Assembly: GCA_902541245.1 (NCBI GenBank)
Contig: CACBPT010000002.1
Coordinates: 11,197 to 75,196 of the forward strand
Length of the DNA: 64,000 nucleotides
Reading direction: 5' to 3'
Origin: an uncultured SAR86 cluster bacterium
Lineage (GTDB): Bacteria > Pseudomonadota > Gammaproteobacteria > Magnimaribacterales > D2472
A model generated the notes under the pieces. That model did not search any database. It saw nothing but the letters and a program-made list of their open reading frames with translations, and was not told the DNA's origin. The position numbers were made by a program, and so were the translations under genes. Shown piece by piece: positions 1 through 16,785 of the stretch (positions within the stretch are counted from its first letter, which is position 1; each line of letters begins with the position of its first letter).

Positions 1-2
1 TT

Positions 3-2528
3 GCGGCAACTCGAGAAGTAAGTACTAGAACAACAGGACTGAGGCATTTTGATTGTCAAATGCTCGGAGGTATAGCCCTGTCTGAAGGCAACATAGCTGA
101 AATGAAAACTGGGGAAGGAAAAACTTTAGTCGCAACTTTACCCGCGTATTTTAATGCAGTCAAAGATAACAAAGTGATCCTTGTTACCGTTAATGACTAC
201 CTTGCACAAAGAGATGCTGATTGGATGAAGCCTATCTATGAAGGATTAGGACTAAAAGTTGGAGTAATTCATTCAAACCAACCTTTTGAAGAAAAGAAAG
301 CAGCCTACGAATGTGATGTGATTTACGCTACTAATGGTGAATTGGGCTTCGATTACCTAAGAGACAACATGGCTCTTCGAGCTGAAGATAAGGTCCAATG
401 CTCTCTAGATTTTGCGATTGTGGATGAGGTGGATTCAATACTAATTGATGAAGCTCGAACACCATTAATTATTTCTGGCCCCTCTAATGAAAGTGCAGAT
501 TACTATGTTCAAATAAAAAAAATCATTCCTAGTTTAAAAAAACAATTAAGGGAAGGAACTGAAGATGAGCCGCTTAGTGCAGATGAAAAAGGTCACTATA
601 TTATTGATGAAAAAAATAGGTCAATAGAGCTTACTGATGATGGTTATATAGTTGTCGAAAATCATCTTGAGGAACTTGGCTTACTTCAATCTGATGATAG
701 TCTTTATTCTGTTAGCAATATAAAAATAATGCGTTATGTGAATGCTACCTTAAAAGCAGCATTTCTGTTTAATAAGAATGTACATTATCTAGTTAGAGGG
801 CAAGAGGTGCTCTTGATAGATGAACATACTGGCAGAACAATGCCTGGTCGAAGAATGAGCGAAGGAATTCATCAGGCTCTTGAATGTAAAGAGAACGTTG
901 CAATTCAAAAAGAATCTCAAACTCTAGCTTCTACAACATATCAGAATTTTTTTAGGCTTTTTAACAAGCTCTCTGGAATGACAGGGACTGCAGATACTGA
1001 AGCTGCTGAATTTGCTGAAATATATGGTTTAAAGGTATCGATAATTCCAACAAATAAACCAATGGCAAGAGATGATAATGATGATTTAGTCTTTCTTACT
1101 CAAGAATCAAAATTTAAAGCCTTGATCGAAGAAATAGAATTATTAAGAAGAAAAGATGCTCCTATTTTAGTTGGTACTGCTTCGGTTGAGTCTTCTGAAA
1201 TAGTATCTGCATTATTGAGTAAGAAAAATATCTCTCATCAAGTTCTTAATGCTAAACAGCATGAAAAAGAAGCCGAGGTTATTGCAAATGCTGGGCGTCC
1301 AGGTGTTGTAACAATAGCAACAAATATGGCTGGAAGGGGAACAGACATAGTTCTTGGTGGAAAAGAAAATATAGGTGACGGAGAATGGGAAAAAAGACAT
1401 CAGCTAGTATTAGATGCTGGAGGTCTTCATATTCTTGGAACTGAGAGACACGAATCTCGCAGAATTGATAATCAGCTTAGAGGTCGATCAGGACGGCAGG
1501 GAGATCCAGGTTATTCAAAATTTTTCTTATCACTAGAAGATGATTTATTAAGGCTATTTATATCTGATAGTCGGAGAGGTTTGTTTGAAAAAATTGGTAT
1601 GGGCGATGATCACATTGAACATAAAATGTTATCCAGAGGGATAGAAAATGCACAAAGAAGAATAGAAAGTAGAAATTTTGATATTAGAAAAAACTTGTTG
1701 GAATATGACGATGTTGCAAATGACCAGAGGCAAGCGATCTATTCTTTAAGAAATCAACTCTTAAATGAAGATAATATTTCTGAAGCAATAAATGAGCTTA
1801 TATTTTCAGAGATGCAATCTATTTGTAATGATTTTGTTCCATTGGAGTCCGTTGAGAGCCAATGGAGACTTAAAGAATTAGATGGATATCTAAATGATCA
1901 CTATTTATTTGAAAAGGGCATCGCGGCAAAAGTAAAAAATGATAAGAAATTAACTCCAGAAACAATTGCAAGTCTAGTCGCTGAAAAAGCATTAAAACGT
2001 TATCAAGAAAAATATATAACCATCAAAGAAAACCTTGCACAGTTAGAAAAACAAGTCATGCTCCAAATATTAGATGTTCATTGGAAAGATCACTTGGCTG
2101 AGATGGATCACCTAAGACAAAGTGTGGGACTGAGGGCATATGCACAAAAAAATCCTAAAAATGAATATAAGCGTGAGGCATTTGAAATGTTTGAGGTCAT
2201 GTTAAATGCAATTAATAGTGAGTCCATAAAGGTATTATTCAGATTAGAGCTAGCAACTGAAGAAGAAATACAAGAACTTGAAGATAGATCACGTGAAGCA
2301 CAGAAAAATAGAGAAATGATGTTGAATCAAGAAAAACTAGAGCCAGTAATAGGAAATGAAAGCAACTCTCATTCAAGAAAACAAGAAACTGTGGAGACAG
2401 TAAAAAAAGATACTCCTAAATTTGGAAGAAATGAAGTAGTAAAAATTACCGATGGGCAAAATACCAAAGAATTGAAATATAAAAAAGCACAACCTCTTAT
2501 TGAAAATGAGGGGTGGAAGATAATATAA
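3..2528 (+). CDS. secA: Preprotein translocase ATPase SecA (5'-truncated by the window edge)
   Basis: Motifs MKTGEGKT, IVDEVDSILIDEARTPLIISG and QLRGRSGRQGDPG. The frame is open upstream of 60 (AATREVSTRTTGLRHFDCQM), so the true start lies outside the window. Confidence 0.98.
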   Translation, partial: AATREVSTRTTGLRHFDCQMLGGIALSEGNIAEMKTGEGKTLVATLPAYFNAVKDNKVILVTVNDYLAQRDADWMKPIYEGLGLKVGVIHSNQPFEEKKAAYECDVIYATNGELGFDYLRDNMALRAEDKVQCSLDFAIVDEVDSILIDEARTPLIISGPSNESADYYVQIKKIIPSLKKQLREGTEDEPLSADEKGHYIIDEKNRSIELTDDGYIVVENHLEELGLLQSDDSLYSVSNIKIMRYVNATLKAAFLFNKNVHYLVRGQEVLLIDEHTGRTMPGRRMSEGIHQALECKENVAIQKESQTLASTTYQNFFRLFNKLSGMTGTADTEAAEFAEIYGLKVSIIPTNKPMARDDNDDLVFLTQESKFKALIEEIELLRRKDAPILVGTASVESSEIVSALLSKKNISHQVLNAKQHEKEAEVIANAGRPGVVTIATNMAGRGTDIVLGGKENIGDGEWEKRHQLVLDAGGLHILGTERHESRRIDNQLRGRSGRQGDPGYSKFFLSLEDDLLRLFISDSRRGLFEKIGMGDDHIEHKMLSRGIENAQRRIESRNFDIRKNLLEYDDVANDQRQAIYSLRNQLLNEDNISEAINELIFSEMQSICNDFVPLESVESQWRLKELDGYLNDHYLFEKGIAAKVKNDKKLTPETIASLVAEKALKRYQEKYITIKENLAQLEKQVMLQILDVHWKDHLAEMDHLRQSVGLRAYAQKNPKNEYKREAFEMFEVMLNAINSESIKVLFRLELATEEEIQELEDRSREAQKNREMMLNQEKLEPVIGNESNSHSRKQETVETVKKDTPKFGRNEVVKITDGQNTKELKYKKAQPLIENEGWKII

Positions 2529-2544
2529 AACTTAGTACTTAAAA

Positions 2545-2712
2545 TTAATCCTCATAAAAATCTTCTGATTCAATAGGCCTGCTTATCAGTTTTTCTTCGT
2601 TAGCCCAATTACCAAGATCAATTAATTTACATTTCTCTGAACAAAAAGGTCTAAAAATATTAGTAGGGCTTAGGTCAGCTTCATTGCTACATCTTGGACA
2701 ATCTTTTTTCAT
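2545..2712 (-). CDS. yacG: DNA gyrase inhibitor YacG (55 aa, not in the ORF track)
   Basis: Manual translation MKKDCPRCSNEADLSPTNIFRPFCSEKCKLIDLGNWANEEKLISRPIESEDFYED contains the CPxC...RPFCSxxCxLIDLGxW signature. ATGA overlap with the coaE stop. Confidence 0.95.
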   Translation of the reverse strand: MKKDCPRCSNEADLSPTNIFRPFCSEKCKLIDLGNWANEEKLISRPIESEDFYED

Positions 2713-3302
2713 TGTTTAGCTAGCCCTAGATAAAAATGATGCATTGCTAATGATCTTATTTGCAGGTTTTTAAGGGAATCATTATTAGATATCACATCAT
2801 TAGCAATGCTTAGCCTTTCCTCTCTGGAGCATTGGGAGTTAATAATATTTTGTATGACATCACTTGAGTTCTTATCTCTTAAGGCTGCTCTTTCAAGTTG
2901 AAGCTCTGGTTCACAATCAATAACGAGAACTCTGTCATAAGAACTCATGCTTTTTGTTTCAAAAATCAAAGGTACCTCAATGATTGAGTATGGTGATTGA
3001 GATGCTAGTATTCTTTCTGACATCTTTTCTCGAACTAAGGGATGCGTAATAGATTCAAGGGCCACTCTTTTTTCAATACTCTCAAAGGCCTCTTTCCTTA
3101 GCTTAGCTCTGTCTATCGAACCATCAGCATGAATTATTTCAGGACCAAAATATTCGACAACTTTTTTAAAGCCAGGAGTATCTTTTTCAACAACCTCTTT
3201 AGATACATGATCTGCATCTATGACACTAATACCTTCATTTTTAAAAAAACTTGCAGCAGCTGATTTGCCAGATCCAATTCCACCCGTGAGGCCAACAATC
3301 AT
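2709..3302 (-). CDS. coaE: Dephospho-CoA kinase
   Basis: N-terminal GLTGGIGSGKS, IDAD, ITHPLV and VPLIFE; adjacent to yacG. Confidence 0.96.
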   Translation of the reverse strand: MIVGLTGGIGSGKSAAASFFKNEGISVIDADHVSKEVVEKDTPGFKKVVEYFGPEIIHADGSIDRAKLRKEAFESIEKRVALESITHPLVREKMSERILASQSPYSIIEVPLIFETKSMSSYDRVLVIDCEPELQLERAALRDKNSSDVIQNIINSQCSREERLSIANDVISNNDSLKNLQIRSLAMHHFYLGLAKQ

Positions 3303-3739
3303 TTTTTAGCTTTGGTATTAATAAATTTTGGAACATTATGTTCCCAGGAACTCTCTTCAACCCTTGATGATATAAACCATTTATTATCTATTTTTTCATA
3401 AGTATCCTGGTACCACATCCCCAAAAAGAAAACTTCATCATTTTCTGTTTGCATTGGATTAAAACACATCACTTTTCCAGAAGCAGAGTTTCCATTAATT
3501 GTAAGAGAAATATTTGAGATTAGATGTTGGTAATTTGGAAAGCGATCTAGTGCTTTTTCTAAGTACTCAATTATTTCTTTTAGGTTACCTGCTTTACCGC
3601 CAACTGCAGTGTAATCAATATGAGCATCTTTGGTAAACAAGTTGTTGAACTCTTGAAAATTTTTACTATCTACTGCAGTTGCGTAATCAGTGATTAATTT
3701 TTCAAGTTCCATGCGATCTGAAATTTCAGTAATATCCAT
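3299..3739 (-). CDS. SnoaL-like / NTF2-fold protein
   Basis: Pattern DRxELExLxxxYAxAVD...LFTxDA...QHLISN...YxDxYxKxDxxWxIxxR, typical of SnoaL_4 proteins. Confidence 0.8.
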   Translation of the reverse strand: MDITEISDRMELEKLITDYATAVDSKNFQEFNNLFTKDAHIDYTAVGGKAGNLKEIIEYLEKALDRFPNYQHLISNISLTINGNSASGKVMCFNPMQTENDEVFFLGMWYQDTYEKIDNKWFISSRVEESSWEHNVPKFINTKAKK

Positions 3740-3754
3740 ATGTATATTTTATAC

Positions 3755-3790
3755 AAAAAAAAGGCCCTCAGATAATTCTGAGAGCCTTTC
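3755..3790 (-). terminator. Rho-independent terminator of the rRNA operon
   Basis: Minus strand AAGGCTCTCAGA-ATTA-TCTGAGGGCCTT followed by a T run, immediately after 5S. Confidence 0.88.
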
Positions 3791-3800
3791 AAAGAAAAAA

Positions 3801-3917
3801 GCCTGACGATTACCTACTCTCACACAAGGAGACCTTGCACTACCATTGGCGTGAGTTCGTTTCACTTCTGAGTTCGAGATGGGATCAGGTGGTACCAAAC
3901 TGCTATTGTCATCAGGC
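3801..3917 (-). rRNA. rrf: 5S rRNA
   Basis: Reverse complement shows TGCCTGATGAC...CCACCTGATCCCATCTCGAACTCAGAAGTGAAAC...GTAGGTAATCGTCAGGC. Ends approximate. Confidence 0.95.
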
Positions 3918-3981
3918 AAACTGGTATGTAATTCTTTTATCACTACAAATAAGTTATTCTTGAACAACGGAACCTTTTTTA

Positions 3982-6886
<2,905 letters not shown>

Positions 6887-7093
6887 CTAAAAAAGGGCTA
6901 CATACTTAGCTCTCCTTTGTAATTGCGAGCTAAGTTTTATTATTATTTGAGAATAACTTAATAAAATTTTCTTCTATTAATGCAGTGATCTAATGTGTAC
7001 ATATTTTTGATAACAGATAAAAATATGACACTGTAAATATAAAAATATTTACTAGAAAATTACATACCAAAACTTATAAATAACTTCTCTTAA

Positions 7094-8759
<1,666 letters not shown>

Positions 8760-8796
8760 GTTAAAAGAATATGCCAGCTCTAGGCCGGAACGTGGA

Positions 8797-8824
8797 ATTG
8801 TATACCCTTAGGTATAAATATCAA
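8797..8824 (-). promoter_or_regulatory. Sigma70 rRNA promoter
   Basis: TTGATA-16 bp-TACAAT followed by a GC-richer discriminator (TCCACGTTCCGGCC). The 16-bp spacer is typical of rrn promoters. A boxA-like ATTCTTTTAACA lies downstream at 8759-8770. Confidence 0.75.
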
Positions 8825-8836
8825 CCGGTTTGATAA

Positions 8837-10367
<1,531 letters not shown>

Positions 10368-10371
<4 letters not shown>

Positions 10372-12104
10372 GCCTTAACATTCTTTTTAATCCACATGTC
10401 TTTCATGCTTCCATTAGGAGCAACTAGCATTGGATAGACATGTTCATTTGGATCGACATAGACATCGACAAATACTAATTTGTCCTTCATAGAGAATGCC
10501 TTTTCTAAAGACTTCTTAAGATCTGCTTTTTTGGTGACTTTCATACCAATATGCCCATAAGATTCAGCAAGTTTTACAAAATCAGGCAAAGAATCAGAAT
10601 AGGTACTCGCTGAATGCCGTCCACCATAATTCATATCTTGCCATTGTCTGACCATCCCAAGGGCTTCATTATTAATGTTTATAATTTTTATTGGTAGATT
10701 GTACTGAAGGCAAGTAGAAAGCTCTTGAATACACATCTGAATACTTCCCTCGCCAGTAACACAAACAACCTCGTCTTTGGGAAAAGCTAATTTAACTCCC
10801 ATGGCTGCAGGCAAACCAAAACCCATTGTCCCCAACCCACCAGAATTCACCCAACGTCTGGGTTTATTGAAATGATAATACTGAGCTACAAACATCTGAT
10901 GTTGGCCAACATCAGATGTAACCCAAGCATTTCCATTTGTGGCATGATAGAGTTCTTGCACAACAACCTGAGGAAGAATCATTTGAGATTTGTTTTTCTT
11001 GAGATATAGATCATGATCGAGGCCGTGCATTTCTCTCCATTTAGCAACTTGTTGATTCCATGATTCAAGAGCATCTGTATCAATTTTAATTTTAGAACGT
11101 TTAATCTCTTTTATAAGTGCGCTAAGAGAGTCTTTTACTTGTCCAACTATAGGTATATCTGCATTAATAATTTTTGAGATTGAAGCAGGATCAACATCGA
11201 TATGAACAATTCTTGCGTTTGGGGCGAACAATGATGGAGTATTAGTAATGCGATCATCAAATCTTGCGCCAACCGCAATAATAACATCGGCATTGTGCAT
11301 CGCCATGTTTGCTTGGTAGGTTCCATGCATACCTAACATTCCCATGAAATACTTATCCTTTGCGGGATATACACCCAGTCCCATCAAAGTGTTAGTAACA
11401 GGTGCTTTTAATAATTTGTTTAAGGCAATTAGCTCCTTATGAGCATTTCCAAGAATTACACCACCACCTGCATAAATTACTGGGCGTTCTGCTGATAAAA
11501 TATTTTTACATGCTTTTTTAATCTGTCCAGGGTGGGGTAAAACTCTAGGTTGATATGACCTCAGTGAGACCTCTTTAGGTTTTTTGTATTCATATAATTT
11601 TGTTGGATCAGTTTTATCTTTAGGTATATCAATAACAACTGGGCCGGGCCTACCTGTGGTAGCTATATGAAATGCCTCTTGGATAATTCTCGGAATATCT
11701 TGAGTATCTTGAACGATAAAGCTGTGTTTTACTATTGGTCTTGAGATACCTATCATGTCAGTTTCCTGAAATGAATCAGTGCCAATTAGATGACTTTGTA
11801 CTTGTCCAGAAATTACAATCAAAGGAATTGAATCCATATATGCAGTCGCCAAACCAGTAATTGCGTTCGTTGCACCGGGCCCAGAAGTTACCAAAGCAAC
11901 TCCAGGTTTTCCTGTGGCTCGAGAATAGCCATCTGCTGCATGAGTAGCCCCTTGTTCATGACGAACTAAAATATGATCACAAGCTTTTTGTTTAAATATA
12001 GAATCATAGATGTGCAAGGCAGCACCACCCGGATAGCCAAATATAAACTTTACTCCCTCCTCTTTAAGAGCTCGTAGTAACAGATCGCCACCTGAAAGTT
12101 TCAT
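10368..12104 (-). CDS. ilvI: Acetolactate synthase III large subunit
   Basis: FGYPGGA, RHEQGA, TSGPGATN, DVGQHQM, SGGLGTMG and GEGSIQM. Confidence 0.96.
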
Positions 12105-12194
12105 GAATCTAAATTATTTACCAAAAAGTAGATAGTTTTATACATTAATTATGATTAAAAACAAGTTTATTGCTTATTTATAAGGACTTTCAGG

Positions 12195-13118
12195 CTATTT
12201 CATTAAGTGAATTAATGACTTTATATCTTTAGGAAGATCTGCCTTAAATTCAAAAGCATCATCTTTATTTAAACATGGGAATCTTATAGTAGAGGCATGC
12301 AAAGCTTGTCTAGAAAAGTTCTGGATGCAATCGATTAATTTTTTTGAGGTTCCTTTCGCAATAAGATTTCTCGGATTATATAAAGTGTCTCCAATGATTG
12401 GAAGTTTTTGATGACTGAGATGCACCCTAATTTGATGAGTTCTACCAGTCTCGATTTCAATTGAAACATGAGAATACCCGCCATAAGAGCTAATTAATGA
12501 AACATGAGACAAAGCATCTCTTCCATTTTCTCCAACTCGCATACGTATTCTGTTTCTTGGATCTCTTTCAATGGAATGATCTATAGAAAAACTTCCAATT
12601 ACTTTTCCTACAACTAAAGCTTCATACTGCTTATAGACTTCTCTTTCTTGCAATTTATTAACAAAAAAATTTCTAAATTTTTCATTTTTAGCAATAACTA
12701 AAACTCCAGACGTATCTTTATCTAACCTATGTACAATTCCACATCTTGGAAGAATCCTCAGATTTGGAAAATGAAAGGCAAGTGAGTTTGCTAAAGTTCC
12801 ATTATGACATCCTGCGCCAGGATGCATTACCACTCCAGACGATTTGTTAATAATTAAAAAGTCTTCCTCCTCATATAAAATATCTAAAGGAATGTCCTCT
12901 CCATCCCATGATACTCTTTTCTCAAAGACTGGATCTAGAGCAAGCTCATCGCCAATATGAACTTTTTCTTTAGCTTTAAGATGTTCACCATTCACCAAAA
13001 GATTACCTTGCAAAATCCATTTTTGAATTTGGTTGCGGGAAAAATCTTCAAACAATAAAGTTGCAGCTTGATCTAAGCGAAAATTATTCTGCTTTTCATT
13101 AATATTCTTATGAATCAT
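12195..13118 (-). CDS. rluD: 23S rRNA pseudouridine synthase RluD
   Basis: S4 domain, HRLDKDTSG, TGRTHQIRVH and QALHA; divergent from bamD. Confidence 0.93.
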   Translation of the reverse strand: MIHKNINEKQNNFRLDQAATLLFEDFSRNQIQKWILQGNLLVNGEHLKAKEKVHIGDELALDPVFEKRVSWDGEDIPLDILYEEEDFLIINKSSGVVMHPGAGCHNGTLANSLAFHFPNLRILPRCGIVHRLDKDTSGVLVIAKNEKFRNFFVNKLQEREVYKQYEALVVGKVIGSFSIDHSIERDPRNRIRMRVGENGRDALSHVSLISSYGGYSHVSIEIETGRTHQIRVHLSHQKLPIIGDTLYNPRNLIAKGTSKKLIDCIQNFSRQALHASTIRFPCLNKDDAFEFKADLPKDIKSLIHLMK

Positions 13119-13207
13119 TTAAGGAATTTGAAAACTTTTTTACTATCTTACAATCTAATCTAATTGAATTAACCCAAACGCTTTAATAAATGTAAAATAC
13201 TTTACCA

Positions 13208-14020
13208 GTGAAATACAAAATAAAAAATCTTCGTAAATTAACATTACTTGCTTTAGTGACTCAGTTCATTTTTATTTCATCTTGCAGCTCTGATGGTCCA
13301 GTAATGGAGCAACCTGAACAGATTTATTACGATCTTGCTCAACGAAGGATGAAAGCAAACAATTACTTTTCAGCTATTGAGGCTTTGCAAGCAATTGAAA
13401 CAAATTATCCATTTGGTCGATATGCTGAGCAAGCTCAGTCAGAATTGATATATGCATATTACATGAACGGTGAAGATGAAGCGTCACATGAAGCAGCTGA
13501 AAAATTTATCCGCTTAAATCCAAGACATCCTAACATTGATTATGCTTATTTTATGAGAGGAATTTCTAGCTATACCAGAGATAAAGGAATATTTGCGAGG
13601 GTTTTTAAAAGAGATCTTTCTGATAGAGATATTTCTGGAGCCAAACAAGCCTTTGGAGAACTATCAGAATTTCTAACTCGTTTTCCTCAAAGCCAATATG
13701 CTCCTTATGCTTCCCAGAGGCTAATTTACTTAAGGGCTTTGATAGCTAAAAATGAGTTAGTTGTGGCTGAATATTACCTTAGGAGAAAAGCATATGTAGC
13801 AGCTCTTAGGAGAGCCAAGTATGTTATCGAAAATATTCCAAATACCTCAGAGACGATGAGGGCTCTAACAATAGCAAGAGAATGCTATAAGCAACTGGGT
13901 TATTTCGAATTAATGGAAGATATTGATTCAGTCATTTTGATGAACGGGGGTGTTATTTCAGAACCTCAAAAAAAATCTTCATGGAATTTCTTTTCCAGAA
14001 ATGCTCCAGCACCAAATTAG
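13208..14020 (+). CDS. bamD: Outer membrane assembly lipoprotein BamD
   Basis: Lipobox ISSC, TPRs with YPFGRYAEQAQ and HPNIDYAYFMRG; rluD synteny. Confidence 0.95.
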   Translation: MKYKIKNLRKLTLLALVTQFIFISSCSSDGPVMEQPEQIYYDLAQRRMKANNYFSAIEALQAIETNYPFGRYAEQAQSELIYAYYMNGEDEASHEAAEKFIRLNPRHPNIDYAYFMRGISSYTRDKGIFARVFKRDLSDRDISGAKQAFGELSEFLTRFPQSQYAPYASQRLIYLRALIAKNELVVAEYYLRRKAYVAALRRAKYVIENIPNTSETMRALTIARECYKQLGYFELMEDIDSVILMNGGVISEPQKKSSWNFFSRNAPAPN

Positions 14021-14025
14021 AAAGT

Positions 14026-15234
14026 TTAAATTATTTTGTACAAGGCTTTAGTTAGTTGATTGTTAGTTTTGTACATTTCTCTTGGTTTATGTTGTTGATT
14101 GCAAATAAATCCGTATCCTAAGTGTTGATCTGGATCCCCAAATGCAACAGCGCCTCCAATCCCAGCATGACCAAACATTCTATTTTTTAAAATAGGTGAT
14201 ATATTTCCAAGAAAAGAAATTCCCTGCGACAGCTCATATCCAAGTCCAAATTTTATACCCGCACCAAATAATACTGAGTCAGGACCATTGGAATAAGGTG
14301 TAATAGCAAGCTCTAATGTATTTTTCGACATTATTGAAGTGCCGTTTCTACTGCAGCCATTGCTTAAAATCCCATACAATTTTGCTAAACTTTTGGCTGT
14401 TCCATGGCCATTTGCTGAGGGGATTTCCGCGATTCGCCAGTCTTCAGAATTTTGAAAATTATCACTATCCTCATCCCTAAATTCAAATGCCTGTTCGAAG
14501 TCACCAGTCTTCAAGGCCTCCTTAAAGCTTTTGATTCTTTTTGGTAAAAGAAAATCAGGAACATGTTTCAAGAATCCTCCAGGCAGTTTAATAAAATCTT
14601 TTTGCATCATTATCATATCTGCGCACCTGCTAAAATTTTCTCTTGGAAGCCCAATATGAAAATCTAAATCAAATGGTTGAGCTATCTCCTCTTGAAAATA
14701 TTGTCCGACACTCCTACCATCGATCCTTTTTATAATTTCTCCAACCAGCCAACCATATGTAAGTGCGTGATAGCTTTGCGACGAACCTGGTTCTCTGTAG
14801 GGACTTTGTGACTCAAGATGGCTGACAAACTTGTCCCAATCTTGAAATGAACCAGAGGGAATCCCACCTTTAAATCCAAACATACCTGCTCTATGACATA
14901 AAAAATCACTAACTTTAGTTGTCTCTTTCCCGTTACAGCTATATTCCGGCCAATAATAACTAACTAATTGATTTGGATTTAGCTTGCCTTGATCAATTAG
15001 TCTTGCAGCACATGTTGCTGTTACCCCCTTTGTAACAGAAAAAACGTTGACTAAAGTATCTTCCTTCCATGCCTTTGTTCTTTCTGCATCTTGATGTCCG
15101 CCCCAAAGATTTACAACAAGTTCTCCCTTGTGTTCAATAGCTATAGAAGCGCCTGTCTCAAATCCACTTTCAAAGGCATTAGAGAAAATTTCTTTCAAAG
15201 GAAGAAATTTTGAATCGCAATCTCCCTTAATCAT
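14026..15234 (-). CDS. Serine hydrolase, beta-lactamase fold (EstA/family VIII esterase-like)
   Basis: SxxK (FSVTKG), YHALTYG and FGHAGIGG; no signal peptide. Confidence 0.88.
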   Translation of the reverse strand: MIKGDCDSKFLPLKEIFSNAFESGFETGASIAIEHKGELVVNLWGGHQDAERTKAWKEDTLVNVFSVTKGVTATCAARLIDQGKLNPNQLVSYYWPEYSCNGKETTKVSDFLCHRAGMFGFKGGIPSGSFQDWDKFVSHLESQSPYREPGSSQSYHALTYGWLVGEIIKRIDGRSVGQYFQEEIAQPFDLDFHIGLPRENFSRCADMIMMQKDFIKLPGGFLKHVPDFLLPKRIKSFKEALKTGDFEQAFEFRDEDSDNFQNSEDWRIAEIPSANGHGTAKSLAKLYGILSNGCSRNGTSIMSKNTLELAITPYSNGPDSVLFGAGIKFGLGYELSQGISFLGNISPILKNRMFGHAGIGGAVAFGDPDQHLGYGFICNQQHKPREMYKTNNQLTKALYKII

Positions 15235-16750
15235 TTAAGTCTCTATAATTTTGTATTTCTCCACTTTGTAACCTTTTTTGATAACTTAACAACTCCTTTC
15301 TAATTACAGGAGCTAGGACATACAAACCTAAGATATTTGGTAAAGCCACAATGAAGATAAGTGCGTCTGAAAAATCCAATACTGCACTTAAATTTACAGT
15401 ACAACCAATAGCGATAAAAATACAAAAAAATATTTTAAAAATATTTTCTGCTATTGAAGATTCTCCAATAATGTAAGTCCAGCCTTTTAAGCCATAGTAT
15501 GACCAAGACAATATTGTTGAAAATGCAAATAATAAAGCAATAAATGATAATGGAATGACAGACCAAGACAGAGTGCTACTAAAAGCAGTTGAGGTTAAAG
15601 CAATTCCTTGAATTCCTTCATTTGCCAATCTTGGATCATAGACTGTAGTTAAAATTACTAGAGCCGTAAGTGTACAAATTACTACGGTATCTATAAAAGG
15701 TTCCATTAATCCCACAAAGCCTTCAGAAACTGGTTCTTGAGTTTGAACAGTCGAATGAGCGATTGCTGCTGATCCAATGCCAGCCTCGTTAGAAAATGCT
15801 GCTCTTTGAAATCCTAAAATCATGATTCCCAGCATTCCTCCACTCATGGCTGTTGGATTAAATGCTTCGTAAAATATTGCTGACAATGCCCAAGGCACTC
15901 TGTCTACATTTATAAAAATTACAATTAAAGCTCCCACTACGTATGTCAATGTCATAAATGGGACTAGCTTTGCAGTAACCCGAGCTATGCTTTTTATTCC
16001 GCCGATGATTACCAGTCCAACTATTCCAGCAAGGATTGAACCAAATAACCAACCCTTATCAACAAAATAGCTAGAATCTCCCCCTGTTATAAAAATAAAT
16101 TGCTGAAAAGCTTGATTCGATTGAAACATGTTCCCAATACCCAAACATCCAAAAACAATTGCCAGTGCATAAAATAATCCCATTGGCTTTGCAAGCCAAG
16201 ATAAATTTTTTTGATGCAATCCAGCTTCAAGATAATACATTGGGCCACCAGAGATACTTCCATCTGGATTAACCTTTCTGTACATGACCCCAGCTACACA
16301 TTCAGCAAATTTTGTAGACATCCCTAAGAAACCTGCAATTATCAACCAAAATGTAGCTCCGGGACCTCCTATAGAAATAACAATTGCTACTCCAGCAATA
16401 TTCCCTATGCCTACAGTTCCAGATACAGCTGTAGATAATGCTTGGAAATGAGTAAGCTCGCCTTCATTTCCTGACTTAGTGTAGTCTCCTCTTAATAATT
16501 GAAATGCGTGTTTAAATCCCCGTAGATTTAAAAAATTAAAGTAAAAAGTAAAAAAAATTGCTCCTCCAATCAACCATATAACTATTAAAGGCATGGGAGT
16601 ATTAAAAATCATATATTCATAAAAAATAAAACTGGATAAAATATTTGTTACAGGTTGAATGACGGCATTAATTGTGGCATCTATTCCATCTGCTGATAAC
16701 GGTGTTGAAATTAAAAAAAAGAGACAAAAAATAAGTCTGTTAGGTTTCAT
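15227..16750 (-). CDS. Alanine/glycine:cation symporter (AGCS family)
   Basis: TVGIGNIAGVA, GGPGATFW, GGPMYYL and FSNEAGIGSA. Confidence 0.93.
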   Translation of the reverse strand: MKPNRLIFCLFFLISTPLSADGIDATINAVIQPVTNILSSFIFYEYMIFNTPMPLIVIWLIGGAIFFTFYFNFLNLRGFKHAFQLLRGDYTKSGNEGELTHFQALSTAVSGTVGIGNIAGVAIVISIGGPGATFWLIIAGFLGMSTKFAECVAGVMYRKVNPDGSISGGPMYYLEAGLHQKNLSWLAKPMGLFYALAIVFGCLGIGNMFQSNQAFQQFIFITGGDSSYFVDKGWLFGSILAGIVGLVIIGGIKSIARVTAKLVPFMTLTYVVGALIVIFINVDRVPWALSAIFYEAFNPTAMSGGMLGIMILGFQRAAFSNEAGIGSAAIAHSTVQTQEPVSEGFVGLMEPFIDTVVICTLTALVILTTVYDPRLANEGIQGIALTSTAFSSTLSWSVIPLSFIALLFAFSTILSWSYYGLKGWTYIIGESSIAENIFKIFFCIFIAIGCTVNLSAVLDFSDALIFIVALPNILGLYVLAPVIRKELLSYQKRLQSGEIQNYRDLND

Positions 16751-16785
16751 AAATTGAATATACTACATTAACAAATTTATATTAT

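Noticed and set aside
12105-12194. ilv attenuator or leader peptide
   Set aside because: Only 90 bp, with no Ile/Leu/Val-rich mini-ORF or terminator hairpin seen.
14026-15234. Beta-lactamase resistance gene
   Set aside because: Cytoplasmic EstA-type serine hydrolase with no signal peptide and no KTG motif. The fold alone does not imply resistance.
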